Under the pieces are notes generated by a model. The model saw only the letters and a program-made list of their open reading frames with translations. It was not told where the DNA came from and ran no database searches. This document shows, piece after piece, positions 10,065-18,547 of a DNA stretch of 64,000 bases. Source of the stretch: Acidimicrobiia bacterium (lineage in GTDB: Bacteria; Actinomycetota; Acidimicrobiia; Spongiisociales; UBA5794); the NCBI GenBank assembly GCA_030066755.1, contig JASJAX010000008.1, positions 13,958 to 77,957 on the forward strand, read 5' to 3'. Every line of letters begins with the position of its first letter. Position 1 is the stretch's first letter. Made by a program: the position numbers and the translations under genes.

Positions 10065-11232
10065 CGTGTATGTCGCCGGGATCGGGATCACGACCTTCAC
10101 CCGGCTCGAATACCCGTTGTCGGAGATCGCGTCGTATGCGTCGATGATGGCCTTGAAGGACGCCGGCGTCACCGAGGTCGATCAGGTCTACGTCGCCAAC
10201 ATGGGGAGCCCTCGGGTGAACCACCAGACGGCCCTGGCCAGTGCGGTCGTCGACAGCCTGAGCCTGATGCCTGCAGGTGCGGCCGCGATCGAAAACGGGC
10301 CGGCCTCCGGCGCATCGGCCATCAAGGCCGGCTTCCAGGCGGTGGCATCGGGGATGGAGGACGTCGTTCTCGTCGCCGGCGTCGAACGGATGCGTGAGGT
10401 CAACAACCTCGAGGCCACGGACTTCGTCGCCACGCTGACGCATCCGCTCGCCGAGTACATCTACGGCGTCACTCTGCCGGCACACGCGGCGATGTTCACT
10501 CGGATGTACATGGACCGGTACGGCGTCACGGAACGCCATCTCGCCATGGTCGGCGTGAAGAACCAGAACGCAGCGCTCAACAACGTCTGGGCGCACCTGC
10601 AGCAGGAGATCACTCTCGAGGGAATCCTCGACTCGCCCGAAGCGATGACGAACAACCCGTACGTGGCCGAGCCGCTCCGGTTCTTCGACGCATGCCCGGT
10701 CTCCGACGGCGGGGCCGCCTTGGTGCTCGTCAGCGAGGAGAAAGCGCGAGAGCTGGGCCGTCCAATGATCAGGATCACCGGTGTTGGGCAAGCCACGGAC
10801 ACGCACGCAGTGTTCGAACGAGAGGATCCGACGGATCTGCTCGCCGTCCGCAAGGCGGCAAAGGATGCGTTCGCAATGGCCGGTCTCAGCCCATCGGACG
10901 TCGACGTGGCCGAACTCCACGATGCGTTCACCATCCTCGAGATCGTCGAGAGTGAAGAGGTGGGCTTCTTCCCGAAGGGAGAAGGCCACATCGCCCTGGA
11001 GAAGGGAGAGACCGCCCTCGGCGGTTCGATTCCGATCAATGTCGGCGGAGGTCTCAAGGGCCGCGGTCATCCGGTCGGCGCCACAGGCGTCGCGCAGGCG
11101 TGGGAGATCGTCACCCAGCTGCGTGGCGACGGCGAAGCCCGACAGGTGGAAGGTGCCCGCATCGGGTTCACCTGCAACTTCGGCGGTTTCGGCAACAACG
11201 TGGTGTGTCTCACCTTCGTGAGGGAGGACTGA
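10057..11232 (+). CDS. SCP2-type thiolase-fold protein lacking the nucleophilic Cys
   Basis: DGGAALVL, AELHDAF, GGLKGRGHPVGATG; ENGPASG stands where ENACASG is expected. Confidence 0.85.
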   Translation: MRDVYVAGIGITTFTRLEYPLSEIASYASMMALKDAGVTEVDQVYVANMGSPRVNHQTALASAVVDSLSLMPAGAAAIENGPASGASAIKAGFQAVASGMEDVVLVAGVERMREVNNLEATDFVATLTHPLAEYIYGVTLPAHAAMFTRMYMDRYGVTERHLAMVGVKNQNAALNNVWAHLQQEITLEGILDSPEAMTNNPYVAEPLRFFDACPVSDGGAALVLVSEEKARELGRPMIRITGVGQATDTHAVFEREDPTDLLAVRKAAKDAFAMAGLSPSDVDVAELHDAFTILEIVESEEVGFFPKGEGHIALEKGETALGGSIPINVGGGLKGRGHPVGATGVAQAWEIVTQLRGDGEARQVEGARIGFTCNFGGFGNNVVCLTFVRED

Positions 11233-11579
11233 TGGCTCGCGAGATCTACGCCTACAAGTGCCGCCTGTGCGGGACGCTCCACTACCCGTTCCGCATGGTG
11301 TGCAAGGAGTGCAAGCAGAACGACTTCTTCGAGTTCGACACCGTGCCGCTCCCGAAGGCGGGCACGCTCGTGACTTGGACGCGGGTGTACAACCTCCCGG
11401 CCCAGTACGAGGTGGCCACGCTCGGTCTCGGCATCGTCGAACTCGAGAACGGCATGCGGATGCTCGGACAGCTGGAGATCAGTGAGCCCGAGCTCGGTAT
11501 GGCAGTGATCGGCAACGTCGAAGTGGTGCGGAAGGAGCCGTACGACGACTACTACGGGATGGTGTTCAGGGCAGCCTGA
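11232..11579 (+). CDS. DUF35 Zn-ribbon/OB-fold protein
   Basis: CxxC-x10-CxxC followed by an OB fold (GTLVTWT, GIVELENG); TGATG coupling to the thiolase gene. Confidence 0.88.
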   Translation: MAREIYAYKCRLCGTLHYPFRMVCKECKQNDFFEFDTVPLPKAGTLVTWTRVYNLPAQYEVATLGLGIVELENGMRMLGQLEISEPELGMAVIGNVEVVRKEPYDDYYGMVFRAA

Positions 11580-11629
11580 GCGATAGGAAGCGTTGGGCAA
11601 ACAGACAGCAAGCGGGAGAGGAAGGGTCT

Positions 11630-12871
11630 ATGCAACTCACGATGCAGAAGAAGGTGGTGCTGGGTCTCCAGCACACCATCGCCATGTTCGGAGCAACGGT
11701 GCTTGTACCGCTGCTCACCGGGCTGAACCCCTCGGTGGCACTGATCGCCGCAGGTGTCGGAACGTTGCTGTTCCACCTGGTGACGAAGCAGATGGTTCCG
11801 GTGTTCCTCGGATCGTCGTTCGCGTTCATTCCACCGATCGTGCTCGGCGTCGAACGCGGCTACTCATGGGCGGCCATCGGAGCCGGCATTGTCGGTGCGG
11901 CGGTGATCTATCTCACGATGTCCATCATCGTCACGTTCGTCGGCCATGACATCGTGCGGCGGATCTTCCCGCCGATCGTCACCGGACCGGTCATCACGGT
12001 GATCGGTATCACCTTGGCTCCGGTTGCCATCGGGATGGCCGAAGGAACCTGGTGGTTGGCCATTGTCACGCTGGCGGCGACGTTGATCGCGGCGGTGTTC
12101 TTCAAGGGCCTGTTCAAGATGCTGCCCATCTTGACGGGAGCCATCGTCGGCTACCTGACGGCGGCGATCTTCCTCGAGGAGTTCGACTTCTCGCCGGTAG
12201 GGGACGCCGACTGGATCGGATGGCCGGAATTCACGTGGGGTCTCGGCAACATCGAATGGGCGGCGATCGCCCTCATTGCCCCGATCGCATTCGTGACGAT
12301 GATCGAGCACGTCGGCGACATCCTCGCCAACGGCCGGGTGGTTGGGAAGGACTTCTTCGACGAGCCTGGGCTCAACCGGACACTGTTGGGCGACGGTATC
12401 GCCACCATGTTTGCCGGGCTGGTTGGCGGTCCGCCGAACACGACGTATTCGGAGAACACCGGTGTCCTGGCCGTGACCAAGGTCTACGACCCGTTCATCA
12501 TTCGCATCGGCGCAGTGTTCGCCATCCTGCTGGGTCTGATCCCGAAGCTGGCGGCGATCCTCCAGACCGTGCCGGTTGCGGTGCTCGGTGGCCTCTCGAT
12601 CGTGCTGTTCGGCATGATCGCTGCCGTCGGCATGCGCACGCTGGTCGAAGCGCAGGTCGACTTCAAGAAGAGCCGCAACATGATCGTGGTCGGCCTCATC
12701 CTGGTCTTCGGCCTCGGTGTCAGTGGATTGTCGACGCCGCTCGCCATCGGTGATGTGGCGATCTCGGGTCTCGCGCTGGCCGCCGTCATCGGTGTCGCCG
12801 CAAACCTGATCCTGCCGTTGACCGAGGAGGACGAGGAAGTCGCACTGCCCGCCGACGAAATGGTGTCGTAG
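11630..12871 (+). CDS. uraA: NCS2 nucleobase:cation symporter, UraA (uracil) subtype
   Basis: GLQH, FLGSSFAFI, EHVGD, NTTYSENTGV (Glu-type signature as in UraA). Confidence 0.85.
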   Translation: MQLTMQKKVVLGLQHTIAMFGATVLVPLLTGLNPSVALIAAGVGTLLFHLVTKQMVPVFLGSSFAFIPPIVLGVERGYSWAAIGAGIVGAAVIYLTMSIIVTFVGHDIVRRIFPPIVTGPVITVIGITLAPVAIGMAEGTWWLAIVTLAATLIAAVFFKGLFKMLPILTGAIVGYLTAAIFLEEFDFSPVGDADWIGWPEFTWGLGNIEWAAIALIAPIAFVTMIEHVGDILANGRVVGKDFFDEPGLNRTLLGDGIATMFAGLVGGPPNTTYSENTGVLAVTKVYDPFIIRIGAVFAILLGLIPKLAAILQTVPVAVLGGLSIVLFGMIAAVGMRTLVEAQVDFKKSRNMIVVGLILVFGLGVSGLSTPLAIGDVAISGLALAAVIGVAANLILPLTEEDEEVALPADEMVS

Positions 12872-12897
12872 CGCGCAAACAAGAATGTCCCGTCACG

Positions 12898-12930
12898 GAG
12901 AAGGGGAACCGGGCACCGGTTCCCCTTCTC
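12898..12930. terminator. 15-bp perfect inverted repeat, probable bidirectional terminator
   Basis: GAGAAGGGGAACCGG-GCA-CCGGTTCCCCTTCTC between convergent genes. Confidence 0.75.
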
Positions 12931-12940
12931 GCGTCGCGAA

Positions 12941-13933
12941 CTAGCGGGCGACGTTTCCGGCTCGCCACGGTTCGTCGAGTTCGACAACCGTGGCGCCGGA
13001 GGGAGCGTTCTCGAGTAACTCCAATGCGGACGAGATGACCCGGCGTTGGCGATCCCGATCGCCGGATGCCCCCAAGGGTCGTCCCATCGGATGTTGCGTG
13101 ATCAGCGTGCGGGGGAGACGCATGACCTCGGCGACGTGCTTGAACGCACGCACGAACACCGACACCGTCGGAATCCCAGCACTCTCGAAGGCTCTGGCGA
13201 CGTGTCCGACCGACACGTGGCACACCGGTCAGACGGGAACGAGCAACAGGACATCGATCGCATCGGACTGCAGCTGTTCGACCCAGCCCGGGATTGCCTG
13301 CTTCCGGAGCCGGCCCTGTGAGGTCGCACCGGTGAAGGAGTACATCGGCGAGCTGAGTTCACCGATGACCCCGTCGGCTTCGAGCGATTGCAGGATGCTG
13401 AGCGGGAATGCCACCTCTCGATCGTGCGACACACTGCGGACGTCATACCCACCATGGCGAACGCGTAGGTCGGTTGGTTCGAGGTCGGTTGGGATCGCAG
13501 AGAATTCCGGGGTGTCGCGTAGGAACTCACCGATTCGCTCCTCCGCTTCAGCCTGCGTCATGTTCTCCACACCGAACGGCTTCGGGTCGTCGCCCTCGGC
13601 GAAATGGCCCGAGCTCGTGAGCACTCCGACACGGCTCTCCGCCACGGGCTTCGCAAGCGGAGTGAACGGGGCATCGTCATACGCGTGGTTGCGACCGCTG
13701 CCCTCGTACCCACGGCGCTGCCACTCGAACACGAGCTGATGAATCGGGCTGATGTCGCCGTCGTCGAGACTGTGACCTACTTGCCACAACAGCTGGCGGA
13801 AGAACTCCCCGGCATCGTCGTCGGTGAGGGACTTCAGGAACTTGAAGGTGAGGTCGGACCGGGAGCCGTAGCTGAAGGAGTTCTTGAACTCTTCCAAGGT
13901 CTCGGCTGCGGGCGTGGCGTTCTCGTCGTTCAT
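12941..13933 (-). CDS. GrdB/PrdB-like (glycine/betaine/D-proline reductase B family) selenoprotein, 330 aa, Sec at codon 235
   Basis: ORFs 13229..13933 and 12941..13225 are in frame and separated by one TGA: LLVPV-U-PVCHVSVGHVARAFESAGIPTV; FTPLAKP..VGVLTSSG, HGGYD, FPL family motifs; SECIS-like hairpin follows. Confidence 0.85.
13200..13218 (-). promoter_or_regulatory. Putative bacterial SECIS element
   Basis: On the minus strand ACGTGTC-GGTCG-GACACGT starts 10 nt after the UGA; G-initiated apical loop 17 nt from the UGA. Confidence 0.72.
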
Positions 13934-14040
13934 GGTCGGGACGGTAATCGCCCGTTGTCCGCCGGCGCCGACAACCCGCCTCCCCAGGGTGTGCGGGCAC
14001 TACGCTGGCGGTGCCGGACCGGTGCTGCAGGGGAGACCAG

Positions 14041-15366
14041 ATGCGGGTCGTGATCGTAGGTGCCGGCCACGACGGCGCGTACCTCGCGGAACGACTCGTG
14101 GCCGAGGGCCAGGACGTGGTCGTCATCGAAATCGATGAGGCAAAGGCTGCCGCGCTGCAAGATCGACTCGACGTCCTCGTCATTGCCGGCAACGGGGCAA
14201 GCCCTGCCGTACTCAAGGACGCAGGAATCGAACAGGCCGGTCTCTTTCTGGCGGTTTCCGACCGCGATGGCGCCAACGTGATGGCGTGCCATTCGGCGAA
14301 GAACCTCGGGGCACGTCGCACGGTCGCACGGGTGGAGCACCCTGACCTGCGTGAGGTTTCGCCGGGACTCGGGGTCGACGTCATCATCGATGCCCGCCAA
14401 TCGGTGTCGCGTGAAGCTGCCGAGTTGGTCCGGTACATGGGGGTGTCCGAGATCGAACCGTTGGCGCAGGGGAGGTTGATGCTCGTCGGTGCCCGGATTC
14501 GTGTCGAGAGCCCTGCGCTCGGCAGAACGGTTGCCGAACTCCGATCGGAGTCCGCCGTTGATTGGGCCCTTGCAGCGCTGGTGAAGAACGGCGAAACCAA
14601 GGTCGGTCGCGGCAACGTCGTCTTCGACGAGGGCGATCACGCGGTGATGGTCGTGCATCCAGAGAACGTCAGGAAGGTAATGAACCTGATGGGCATCCCG
14701 CAGGTGCGCCCGCGCCGGTCGGTGGTGCTCGGTGGGACGAGTATCGCCGCATTGACTGCCGAGCGGATCCTGGCCCAAGGTCACGATGTGCTCATCGTCG
14801 AGCGTGACGCAGAACGGTGTGCGCTCCTCGCCAAGGAGTCGCGCGCACTCGTCCTCCAGGGTGATCCGGCGGACTCCGATGTGCTCGAACGGCTCGATCT
14901 CGGGTCCCACGATGTCGTGCTCGGGATGAGCGGCTACGACCAGGTGAATCTCATGGGCTGCATGCTGGCGAAGGCCATGGGAGCCGGGGCGACCATTGCC
15001 CGATTCGGCAAGGCGAGGTTGGCCCGTCTGCTCAAAGATGTCGGCGTCGACTCGATCGTGTCGTCACGGGTTGCCGCCGCCGACGCCATTCTCCGCTTCG
15101 TTCGCCGCGACCAGATCCTGTCGGTCTCAACGTTCATGGACACCGACGCAGAACTCATCGAGATCGAGGTCCAAGAGGGGACACCGGCGGCCGGGCAGAC
15201 GGTGCAGGGCATGCAGATGCCGGACGGCACGGTGCTGGCGGGGGTCGTTCGCGGGGGGACGGCGACCATCCCGACGGGAGCCACCCGGATCGAGGTGGGG
15301 GATCGGGTTGTGGTGCTCGCCGATCGGTCATCGATTGACATGGCAGAAGGGTTGTTCCTGCAGTGA
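14041..15366 (+). CDS. trkA: Trk system potassium uptake protein TrkA
   Basis: Two RCK-N domains (IVGAG; VLGG) plus two RCK-C domains; upstream of trkH. Confidence 0.88.
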   Translation: MRVVIVGAGHDGAYLAERLVAEGQDVVVIEIDEAKAAALQDRLDVLVIAGNGASPAVLKDAGIEQAGLFLAVSDRDGANVMACHSAKNLGARRTVARVEHPDLREVSPGLGVDVIIDARQSVSREAAELVRYMGVSEIEPLAQGRLMLVGARIRVESPALGRTVAELRSESAVDWALAALVKNGETKVGRGNVVFDEGDHAVMVVHPENVRKVMNLMGIPQVRPRRSVVLGGTSIAALTAERILAQGHDVLIVERDAERCALLAKESRALVLQGDPADSDVLERLDLGSHDVVLGMSGYDQVNLMGCMLAKAMGAGATIARFGKARLARLLKDVGVDSIVSSRVAAADAILRFVRRDQILSVSTFMDTDAELIEIEVQEGTPAAGQTVQGMQMPDGTVLAGVVRGGTATIPTGATRIEVGDRVVVLADRSSIDMAEGLFLQ

Positions 15367-16850
15367 CCGCGCCGGGTTGGCTCGAGCGGTCCACACACCC
15401 GCCTCGCGGGAGACGCCTCATGTACGTCATCGGGGCCGTCATCACTGCGTCGGCGCTCGGCACGGTGCCTGCCATCCTGACCGGAGTCGTCTACCGGGAA
15501 TGGGACGACGTCCTCGGCCTTCTTCTCGCCGCCGTTTGTATGGCAGCGATCGGGGTGTCTGCGTGGCGAGGCTTCGGTCGTTCCGGACGGATGAGCACGC
15601 GCGAAGGTCTTGCGGTCGTCGGGTTGTCGTGGTTCGCCATGGTCGTGGTGGGCACCCTTCCGTATTTCTTCACCCAGTCGATCGGCGGCGTGACCAACAC
15701 GTTCTTTGAGACCGCCGCAGGATTCACGACGACCGGCGCATCCATCCTGCCGGATCCCGGCGTGCTCTCCCACGCCATGCTGATCTGGCGAGCAACGACG
15801 CAATGGGTCGGCGGCATGGGAATCATCGTGTTGTTCGTCGCAGTGCTGCCCTTGCTCGGTGTCGGTGGTGTGGAGCTGGCGCGTGCCGAATCGCCGGGCC
15901 CGGAACCGGACCGCCTCACGCCGCGATTCCAGGACACTGCGAAGCGACTGTGGCTGATCTACGTCGGGCTCACCGCAGGGTTGTTCGTGTTGCTGGCGCT
16001 CGGCGACATGTCGATGTTCGAGGCGATCGCGCATTCGCTGACCACCATCTCGACCGGCGGGTTCAGCACCGAGCCGGGTTCAATCGGAGCGTTCAGTGCG
16101 TACTCCCAGTGGATGATCGCGCTCTTCATCTTTGTGTCGGCGACCTCGTTTGCACTGCACTATCGGGCGAAATGGCGTCCGGCGCGGTACGTGGAGAACG
16201 CCGAGTTCCGCCTCTACGCAGGCACGATCCTCACTGCGTCGATCCTCATCGCGCTCGGCCTGGCGTCCGACCTCGCAATCGGCGACACGATCCGTGACGC
16301 GGTCTTCAGCGCCCTGACGTTGGTCACGGGAACGGGATTCGCGACGAGCGACTTCGGGCAGTGGACCGCAGGACTGCAGATCCTCGCTGTCTCCCTGATG
16401 TTCCTCGGGGGGATGGCCGGATCGACCGCCGGGGCGGTGAAGACCTATCGCATGGGTGTGCTCTACAAGTCGTCGGCGGCGAGTCTGAAGAAGCTGGCGT
16501 ATCCATCGGCCGTGATCGTGCCCCGATTCGGTGGGCGGCCGATTCCCGACTCGATCGTGCGCAACATCCAGCTCTTCTTCCTGTTCTACATGATCACCTT
16601 CGTCACCGGGACGGTGCTGTTGGCGCTCATCGATGCCGCTGCCGGCAACCAGGCAAGTCTCGTGACCACCACCACGGCGGTGGTGTCGGCGATCGGCAAC
16701 ATCGGGCCGGGACTTGCGGAGGTCGGGCCGGGCGGGACCTATCTCGTGATCTCCGACGCAGGGAAGTGGCTCTTGAGCTTCCTGATGATCGTCGGCCGCC
16801 TGGAGATCTTCCCAGTCGTACTCCTCTTCACCCGGTTCTTGTGGAAATAG
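15363..16850 (+). CDS. trkH: TrkH potassium uptake membrane protein
   Basis: FETAAGFTTTGAS, WVGGMGI, STGGF, GSTAG, GNIGPG, GRLE. Confidence 0.93.
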   Translation: MTAPGWLERSTHPPRGRRLMYVIGAVITASALGTVPAILTGVVYREWDDVLGLLLAAVCMAAIGVSAWRGFGRSGRMSTREGLAVVGLSWFAMVVVGTLPYFFTQSIGGVTNTFFETAAGFTTTGASILPDPGVLSHAMLIWRATTQWVGGMGIIVLFVAVLPLLGVGGVELARAESPGPEPDRLTPRFQDTAKRLWLIYVGLTAGLFVLLALGDMSMFEAIAHSLTTISTGGFSTEPGSIGAFSAYSQWMIALFIFVSATSFALHYRAKWRPARYVENAEFRLYAGTILTASILIALGLASDLAIGDTIRDAVFSALTLVTGTGFATSDFGQWTAGLQILAVSLMFLGGMAGSTAGAVKTYRMGVLYKSSAASLKKLAYPSAVIVPRFGGRPIPDSIVRNIQLFFLFYMITFVTGTVLLALIDAAAGNQASLVTTTTAVVSAIGNIGPGLAEVGPGGTYLVISDAGKWLLSFLMIVGRLEIFPVVLLFTRFLWK

Positions 16851-16913
16851 TCTCAGGTCTCAGGTCTCAGGTCACAAGCCTGACGTGGGACGTGGGACTT
16901 GGGACTTGTGACC
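16850..16913. repeat. Inverted heptamer array pair (GTCTCAG x3 + GTCACAA / NTGGGAC x3 + TTGTGAC)
   Basis: Read directly; GGTCACAAG (16870-16878) is the exact reverse complement of CTTGTGACC (16905-16913); lies between convergent trkH and ltaE. Confidence 0.9.
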
Positions 16914-16918
16914 CGGCC

Positions 16919-17953
16919 CTAGCCGAGCACCGTCGCCGCGGCCTTGATTGCTGCATCAATGTCATCCGTGGTGACGTGGAGGTTCGTGACGGCCCGGATG
17001 GTGTCGTGGGTGAGGGCCAGGGCGGCCACGCCGTTGTCGAGCCACGCAGCTTCGAACTTCGCGGCCGACATCGCCGTGACGCGGAAGTAGACCATGTTCG
17101 TGGCGACCGTGTCGAGATCGACTTCGACACCGGGTTGCTCGGCAAGGCCGACGGCGAGGCGGCGAGCGTTCGCGTGGTCGTCGGCGAGGCGCTCTCGATG
17201 GTGCTCGACTGCGTAGAGAGCTCCGGCCGCCATCATGCCGGCCTGCCGAAATCCGCCACCGAACATCTGCTTGAAACGTCGCGCCCGGTCGACGATGGCT
17301 TTGCTTCCGGCAAGGGCTGAGCCCATCGGTGCGCCCAGCCCTTTCGAGAAGCAGACGCTGACCGTGTCGAACCCTGCGGAGTACTCGGCCTCGGAGACCC
17401 CGGTCGCTGCCGTGGCGTTCCAGAGTCGAGCTCCATCGAGGTGCGTTGCCAGCCCGAGTCCCCGAGCCGTCTCGGTGACGTTGGTGAGTCGTGCGAGCGG
17501 CCAGACGGTCCCTCCGGCAGCGTTGTGGGTGTTCTCCGCCGCGACGAGCGTCACCGGCTGAAAGAGCGAGGCCGGCATCGATGCCGGGATCTCAGGTACT
17601 GCGGATCGAACCTGATCCGCGGTGAACGTGCCGGCCTCGCCGTCGAGCTGCTGGATGGTCAATCCCGAGATGGCGTTCGCCGCGCCGAGCTCGTGAAGGT
17701 CGATGTGGGCGTCCTTCGAAGCGAGGACGACATCGCCGGGTGACGTGTGGGCTCGCAGTGCCGTTTGATTCGCCATCGTTCCGGTCGGCGTGAACATGGC
17801 ATCGTCCTTGCCGAGGACCTCAGCAACCCGAGCCTCGAGCGCCAGCACCGTCGGGTCGTCGTGGTAGACGTCGTCCCCGACTTCAGCGTCGGCAATCACC
17901 CGCCGCATCGCGTCGGTAGGCCGGGTAACAGTGTCGGAACGGAGATCGATCAT
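16919..17953 (-). CDS. ltaE: Low-specificity L-threonine aldolase
   Basis: MIDLRSDTVTRP, GDDVY, TGTMANQ, ENTHN, HLDGAR, CFSKGLGAP, GGGFRQAG. Confidence 0.92.
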   Translation of the reverse strand: MIDLRSDTVTRPTDAMRRVIADAEVGDDVYHDDPTVLALEARVAEVLGKDDAMFTPTGTMANQTALRAHTSPGDVVLASKDAHIDLHELGAANAISGLTIQQLDGEAGTFTADQVRSAVPEIPASMPASLFQPVTLVAAENTHNAAGGTVWPLARLTNVTETARGLGLATHLDGARLWNATAATGVSEAEYSAGFDTVSVCFSKGLGAPMGSALAGSKAIVDRARRFKQMFGGGFRQAGMMAAGALYAVEHHRERLADDHANARRLAVGLAEQPGVEVDLDTVATNMVYFRVTAMSAAKFEAAWLDNGVAALALTHDTIRAVTNLHVTTDDIDAAIKAAATVLG

Positions 17954-17960
17954 GAGGAGA

Positions 17961-17993
17961 GTCTCAAGTCTCAGGTCTCAAGTCGCAAGTCGC
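17961..17993. repeat. Heptamer array GTCNCAR x4.7 (left arm flanking the four-helix-bundle gene)
   Basis: GTCTCAA GTCTCAG GTCTCAA GTCGCAA GTCGC. Confidence 0.9.
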
Positions 17994-18085
17994 GCCTGGA
18001 TCTGCGGTCTGTGTCCTCACGGTCCTGGTGGTCTGTGGTCGAGGGTCTTGTGAAGGGTGGTCGTGTGCGCTAATGGTCGACGTGA

Positions 18086-18445
18086 ATGCGCAACTTCCGG
18101 AACCTCAATGTGTGGCAACAGGCACGAACGTTGACACTCGAGGTCTTCGCCCTCTCAGAGCGTCTCCCGGACGTGGACCGCTACGGCTTGGCAGCCCAGT
18201 TACGGCGATCAGCAAACTCGATTGGTGCCAACATCGCCGAGGGGGCAGGCCGCCCGACGCGACGGGATTATGCACGGTTCCTCGCCCAGGCCATGGCGAG
18301 CAGCAATGAGCTAGAGCACCACCTCTCGATCGTTGATGGAGCAGGCTTGATCAACGGCGAGGATGTGGCGCCGTTGATCGATCGATGCGACCAAGTTCGG
18401 AGGAGGCTGGTCAATCTCCGCTCGAGGATCCTGGCCGAAACCTAG
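18086..18445 (+). CDS. Four-helix-bundle protein (23S rRNA-IVP / S23-like, Avd-related fold)
   Basis: FRNLNVWQ..LP..RYGLAAQLRRSANSIGANIAEG..DYARFL..ASSNEL. Confidence 0.92.
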   Translation: MRNFRNLNVWQQARTLTLEVFALSERLPDVDRYGLAAQLRRSANSIGANIAEGAGRPTRRDYARFLAQAMASSNELEHHLSIVDGAGLINGEDVAPLIDRCDQVRRRLVNLRSRILAET

Positions 18446-18470
18446 GACCAAGCCGGTCGAGACCCTCGGC

Positions 18471-18524
18471 TTGGGACCTGGGACCTGGGACTTGTGACCT
18501 GGGACTTGGGACCTGGGACCTGCG
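18471..18524. repeat. Heptamer array YTGNGAC x7 (right arm flanking the four-helix-bundle gene)
   Basis: TTGGGAC CTGGGAC CTGGGAC TTGTGAC CTGGGAC TTGGGAC CTGGGAC; reverse-complement type of the left arm. Confidence 0.92.
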
Positions 18525-18547
18525 CTGCCGAGTAGCCTCGCGCGGCT

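Noticed and set aside
12941-13933. Pseudogene or two separate genes
   Set aside because: A single in-frame TGA at the family UxxC site plus a SECIS-like hairpin is better explained by selenocysteine
18086-18445. Diversity-generating retroelement or 23S rRNA intervening sequence
   Set aside because: No reverse transcriptase, no TR/VR pair and no rRNA in the window
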